Of a stretch of 64,000 bases of DNA, positions 60,226 to 64,000 are shown piece by piece. Origin of the DNA: an uncultured Actinomycetes bacterium (GTDB lineage Bacteria; Actinomycetota; UBA4738; JBBDTT01); NCBI GenBank assembly GCA_963742735.1, contig CAVUMN010000001.1:192001-256000 (forward strand), read 5' to 3'. Both the position numbers and the translations under genes were made by a program. The notes beneath the pieces were generated by a model, which saw nothing but the letters and a program-made list of their open reading frames with translations, was not told the DNA's origin and did no database searches. Numbering within the stretch: position 1 is the stretch's first letter; every line of letters begins with the position of its first letter.

Positions 60226-63081
60226 CTACTCAGAGTACCGGACGGCCTCGGCCGGGGGCAGCCGGGACGCCCGCCACGCCGGGCCGAGCGTCACGATCAG
60301 CACCGAGACGAGCACCAGGGCGAGGGCCCCTCCCAGGTTCGCCCAGTCCACGCCGAACCCCGGCTGGGAGTCCTGCTGCCGGTAGAACAGAAACCCCATC
60401 ATGATCCCGACCGAGACGCCGACCAGCGCGCCGATCGACACCGTGAGCCCGGCCTCCGCGATGAGGCCGGCCATGACCGAGCGCTTGCGGTACCCGAGCG
60501 CCCGCAGAACGCCGATGGCCTGGCGGCGCTCCGTGATCACCCGGAGGGCCACGATCCCCAGCGACAGGACGCCGATCACCAGGCCCATGCGCATCAGGAT
60601 GTCGATCGTCGAGAAGAACGCCCGGTTGGCCCGGTCCGCGTCGTCGGCGAGCTTGCGGATCGAGTCGGCCTCGACCCCCTGCTCGAACAGCGCGGACTCG
60701 ATCTTGCGGGCCAGCGCGAGCCCGTCCACCCCCGGCTTCGCGTCGACGAGCATCGAGGACCCCTCGGGCGCCGACGCGAACTGGCCGGCGGTCCTCGAGG
60801 ACACGTACATCCCGTCGAGCAGGCCGAACGCCGGGGTGGCGACGATCTCCATCTCGACCGGACCCCGGTCGCCCTGCAGGCGGACGGTCTGCCCGGGGTT
60901 GCCGAAGGGCGTGATGATCCGGTTGCGACCCTCGACGACGGCCGCCCACGCCGCCGCGTCACTCGGGTACTCGTCGTCCCGCAGGTCCAGGCGCACCGGT
61001 GGTTCCCGCGTCGCGAGCTCCCCCACCACGAACAGGGGGATCAGCGTGCGCTCCGAATCGCCGAAGCCGGCCTCGCCCTTGAACGGGCCGACGTAGCCGA
61101 CCGTCCGCAGCTCCAGCGAGCGTTCCACGTCGCGCAGGAGCGGCGTGGGCAGGTCGATGTTCGAGGAGCCCGTGGACAGCACCCGGACGTCGTAGCCGTT
61201 CGAGAACCGTGCGTATTCGGGCTGGAACACCACGAAGAACACCGAGAACAGGGCCAGCATCGCCAGGATCACCGCGAACACGCCGGTGGTGAGGCCCGTG
61301 CGGACCGGACGCCGGGCCAGGTACGCCAGCGGCGGACGCAGGATCGCCTTGCGGGTCCGTCCCAGGATCCCCGCGAAGCGCTCGGCCACCCGTAGGTGGG
61401 CCGAGGCCAGGATGGTCAGGCCGAACACCGAGGCCAGCATCGCCATCACGAAGACCCCGAAGAACTGCGCGGGGTCCTCGTCGGGGGGGATCCCGGACAC
61501 CTGGAAGAAGGACCAGCCCGCCAGGGCCAGTCCGGTCAGCGTGGCGTGGGTGCGCTGCCCGAGCCGCCCCCGGGCCACCGACGACGCCAGCAGGATCAGC
61601 GCCAGCCCGCCGGCCATCCGGGCCGGCCCCGAACCGGAGAGCACCCCGCCCACCCCGACCACGGCCAGGGCGGCCAGGCGGAGCAGAGCCGGCCACCGCC
61701 GGCGGGCGCGTTCCGGGTGCCCCTCGGGCAGGTTGCGGATCGCCGAGGTGATCGTCAGGCGCGAGGTCCGCCTGGACGCGAGCCAGACGACCAGGAGCGT
61801 GAGCAGCGTGCCCACCGTGAAGCCGGTGAGGAGCGTCCCGGGGTTCAGCACGAAGTGGAACTGGAAGTCGAAGTCGTCCCCGGCGAACTGGGCGAACGCG
61901 GAGCCGAACCGCTCGGCGATGAGCCGGCCGGCGAGCAGGCCGACGCCCACCCCCACCACGCCGGCGGCCAGGCTGTAGATCGCCCCTTCGATCAGCGAGA
62001 GCGAGACCAGGCGCTTGCGGCGCAGGCCCAGGGCGCGGAGCACGCCGAGCCGCGAGCGGCGCTCCTCGGCGAGCATGCCGATCAGGTTCACGATGAGCGC
62101 CGAGCCGGCGGCCACCACCAGCGCGCTCATCCCCACGAGCATCGCCCGGATGAACTCGCTGGCCGTCTCCGCGTTCTCGACCTCCTGGAGCTTGGCCTGC
62201 GAGACCTGGAACTCCGGCGGCTCATCTCCCGCGATCACCAGCTCGAGGGCCGCCACTTCGACCGCCCGCTCGAGGGGTCCCTCCGCGGCGAGCGCGGCGG
62301 CGCTGGTGTCGCGGATGCCTCCCGGCACCGAGACCCGCACGACGTTGATCTGGCCCGAACCCACGACGGAGGCCGCGGTTCGGTTCGGCGCGAAGACGAC
62401 GGCGCCGAGCGTGAACGAGCCGGGCGGTTCGGCCAGCGCGATGCCCGCGACCCGCAGCGACCTGACCGGCAGGGACACGGCCGGGCCGGCGGACTCCAGC
62501 GAGAACGTCAGCCGGTCCCCCACCCGGGCGCCGAGCTTGTCGGCCAGGAGCCGGCTGATCACCACTTCGCCCGGAGCCAGGTCCTCGCCGGTGGTCGCCC
62601 CGCCCCCCGCCAGCCGGTAGGTCCCGAAGGGAGCCTGCTGCTTCGGGTCGAAGCCGACCAGCACCACGCCCGAGGTCCCCTGACGCCGGTCGAGGTCCGA
62701 GACCGAGCCGAACAGCTCCACGCCTCCCGCCACGCCGTCCGTCACCGCCTGCACGCCGGGATCGGTCGCCAGCTGCGTGGCGATGGACCGCGGAAAGAAC
62801 CCGTTGTCGGACCGGCGCACGGTCAGGTCGACGTAGCCCCAGTTGCGGTAGGCGAACGATTCCACCGAGGAGTCCGCTACGGAGTCGGCTCCGACCAACG
62901 CGGCGGTGATCGTGGCCGTCCCGACCATGAGCCCCGCGATGACCAAGAGCGTCTGGCCGCGCCGCCGGACCGCCTCTCGTGCCGCGAGCCGGGTCAGCAA
63001 CGGGCGGCGGATCGCCAGGATCCCGATCCCGCCGAACACGAGCAGGAACAGGACGAGCGGGACGCCGAGGCCCGGGCTCAC
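60226..63081 (-). CDS. FtsX/MacB-type ABC permease (two permease domains)
   Basis: EERRSRLGVLRALG and TERRQAIGVLRALG, ending PAWRASRLPPAEAVRYSE. GTGA overlap with the ATPase. Confidence 0.9.
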   Translation of the reverse strand: MSPGLGVPLVLFLLVFGGIGILAIRRPLLTRLAAREAVRRRGQTLLVIAGLMVGTATITAALVGADSVADSSVESFAYRNWGYVDLTVRRSDNGFFPRSIATQLATDPGVQAVTDGVAGGVELFGSVSDLDRRQGTSGVVLVGFDPKQQAPFGTYRLAGGGATTGEDLAPGEVVISRLLADKLGARVGDRLTFSLESAGPAVSLPVRSLRVAGIALAEPPGSFTLGAVVFAPNRTAASVVGSGQINVVRVSVPGGIRDTSAAALAAEGPLERAVEVAALELVIAGDEPPEFQVSQAKLQEVENAETASEFIRAMLVGMSALVVAAGSALIVNLIGMLAEERRSRLGVLRALGLRRKRLVSLSLIEGAIYSLAAGVVGVGVGLLAGRLIAERFGSAFAQFAGDDFDFQFHFVLNPGTLLTGFTVGTLLTLLVVWLASRRTSRLTITSAIRNLPEGHPERARRRWPALLRLAALAVVGVGGVLSGSGPARMAGGLALILLASSVARGRLGQRTHATLTGLALAGWSFFQVSGIPPDEDPAQFFGVFVMAMLASVFGLTILASAHLRVAERFAGILGRTRKAILRPPLAYLARRPVRTGLTTGVFAVILAMLALFSVFFVVFQPEYARFSNGYDVRVLSTGSSNIDLPTPLLRDVERSLELRTVGYVGPFKGEAGFGDSERTLIPLFVVGELATREPPVRLDLRDDEYPSDAAAWAAVVEGRNRIITPFGNPGQTVRLQGDRGPVEMEIVATPAFGLLDGMYVSSRTAGQFASAPEGSSMLVDAKPGVDGLALARKIESALFEQGVEADSIRKLADDADRANRAFFSTIDILMRMGLVIGVLSLGIVALRVITERRQAIGVLRALGYRKRSVMAGLIAEAGLTVSIGALVGVSVGIMMGFLFYRQQDSQPGFGVDWANLGGALALVLVSVLIVTLGPAWRASRLPPAEAVRYSE

Positions 63082-63803
63082 GGGCGGGCGGTGACCTTGC
63101 GCTTGGGCGCCCGCCGGCGTGCGGAGGCCTTGCCGTTCTCGATGACACCGTCGCGCATCCGGATGGTCCGGGCCGCGAACGACGAGACGCGCTCGTCGTG
63201 GGTGACCATCACGATGGTCTGGCCGCCGTCGTTGAGCTCCTTGAACAGCGCCATCACCGACTCGGTCGACTCCGAGTCCAGGTTGCCCGTCGGCTCGTCC
63301 GCCCACACGACGGCCGGCTCGTGCACCAGCGCCCGGGCGAGGGCCACCCGCTGCTGCTCGCCCCCCGAGAGCTCCTCGGGCCGGTGATTCGCGCGCTCGC
63401 CCAGCCCGATGCGCTCGAGCATGTCGACCGCCCGCGCGCGAGACTCCTTCGCCCGCTCGCCCAGCAGGAGCAGGGGAATCTCCACGTTCTCCGCCGCGGT
63501 GAGCACCGGGAGGAGGTTGAACGCCTGGAACACGAACCCCATCGATCGCGCCCGATAGTCGGTCCGGACGTCGTCGGACATCTCGGCCATCGACCGGCCG
63601 TCCACCAGCACGTCGCCGCCGTCGATCTGCTCCAGCCCCGACAGGCAGTTCAGCAGCGTGGTCTTGCCGCATCCCGACGGCCCCATGATCGCCGCCATCT
63701 CGCCGCGAGCCACGGCCAGGTCGACGCCCTTCAGGGCCTCAACCTCGGCGCCGTTCCGGTACACCTTGCGCAGCGCCCGCGCCTCCACGATCAGATCCGC
63801 CAT
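63078..63803 (-). CDS. LolD/MacB-type ABC ATP-binding protein
   Basis: GPSGCGKTT, FVFQAFNL, LSGGEQQRV, ADEPTGNLD, VTHD. RBS AAGGAG. Confidence 0.95.
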   Translation of the reverse strand: MADLIVEARALRKVYRNGAEVEALKGVDLAVARGEMAAIMGPSGCGKTTLLNCLSGLEQIDGGDVLVDGRSMAEMSDDVRTDYRARSMGFVFQAFNLLPVLTAAENVEIPLLLLGERAKESRARAVDMLERIGLGERANHRPEELSGGEQQRVALARALVHEPAVVWADEPTGNLDSESTESVMALFKELNDGGQTIVMVTHDERVSSFAARTIRMRDGVIENGKASARRRAPKRKVTARP

Positions 63804-63900
63804 CGACTCTCCTTCGGTGCCACCGGGGCGACCCAGCCTACGGGACGAATCCGGCATCGCGGGCGGCGACCCGGGTGGTTCTCGAAATGGTCCCGACGGG

Positions 63901-64000
63901 CTAGGCGGTCTTCGAGGACGCCTCGGCCGTGGTGCGCTCGCGGGTGTCCCGCTCGGCCTTCAGCTGGTCCTTGACCTTGGAGGCGTACTCGTCCACGTAC
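63901..64000 (-). CDS. 3' end of an unidentified gene entering from the right edge
   Basis: GC3-rich frame ...YVDEYASKVKDQLKAERDTRERTTAEASSKTA*. Confidence 0.55.
   Translation of the reverse strand, partial: YVDEYASKVKDQLKAERDTRERTTAEASSKTA

Overview
Very GC-rich chromosomal segment, most likely from an actinobacterium (actinobacterial LexA box, DnaE2, Rpf domain, PASTA kinase next to nfo, many apparently leaderless genes). No rRNA, tRNA, CRISPR array or mobile element was recognised. Left to right: (1) an SOS-boxed DUF6504 (ImuB-C-like)/dnaE2 operon running off the left edge. (2) A ~28 kb surface-glycan locus. It has a Wzc/Wzy-type arm, and a second arm where UDP-sulfoquinovose synthase (sqdB, two apparent +1 frameshifts) precedes a DUF2304-GT2 polyprenyl-phosphate sugar synthase, six GT-C/YfhO-like membrane proteins, a large CBM-containing secreted protein, a sulfatase and an epimerase. 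(3) Split thiamine genes (thiSE; thiGH behind a TPP riboswitch) and housekeeping genes (usp, aarF, PASTA kinase, nfo, EamA, protease, ltaE, panE, pfkA, an Rpf ORF reading in frame into glpK). (4) A second glycan locus with two sulfotransferases, two atypical alpha/beta-hydrolases, Wzm/Wzt, glycosyltransferases and a methyltransferase. (5) A MacB/FtsX-type ABC transporter. The best candidate for an undescribed system is a lipid-carrier-linked sulfoquinovosylation pathway (SqdB -> polyprenyl-P-SQ -> GT-C). All family calls come from motif recognition by eye, not from database searches. Several apparent single-base indels suggest assembly errors may be present.
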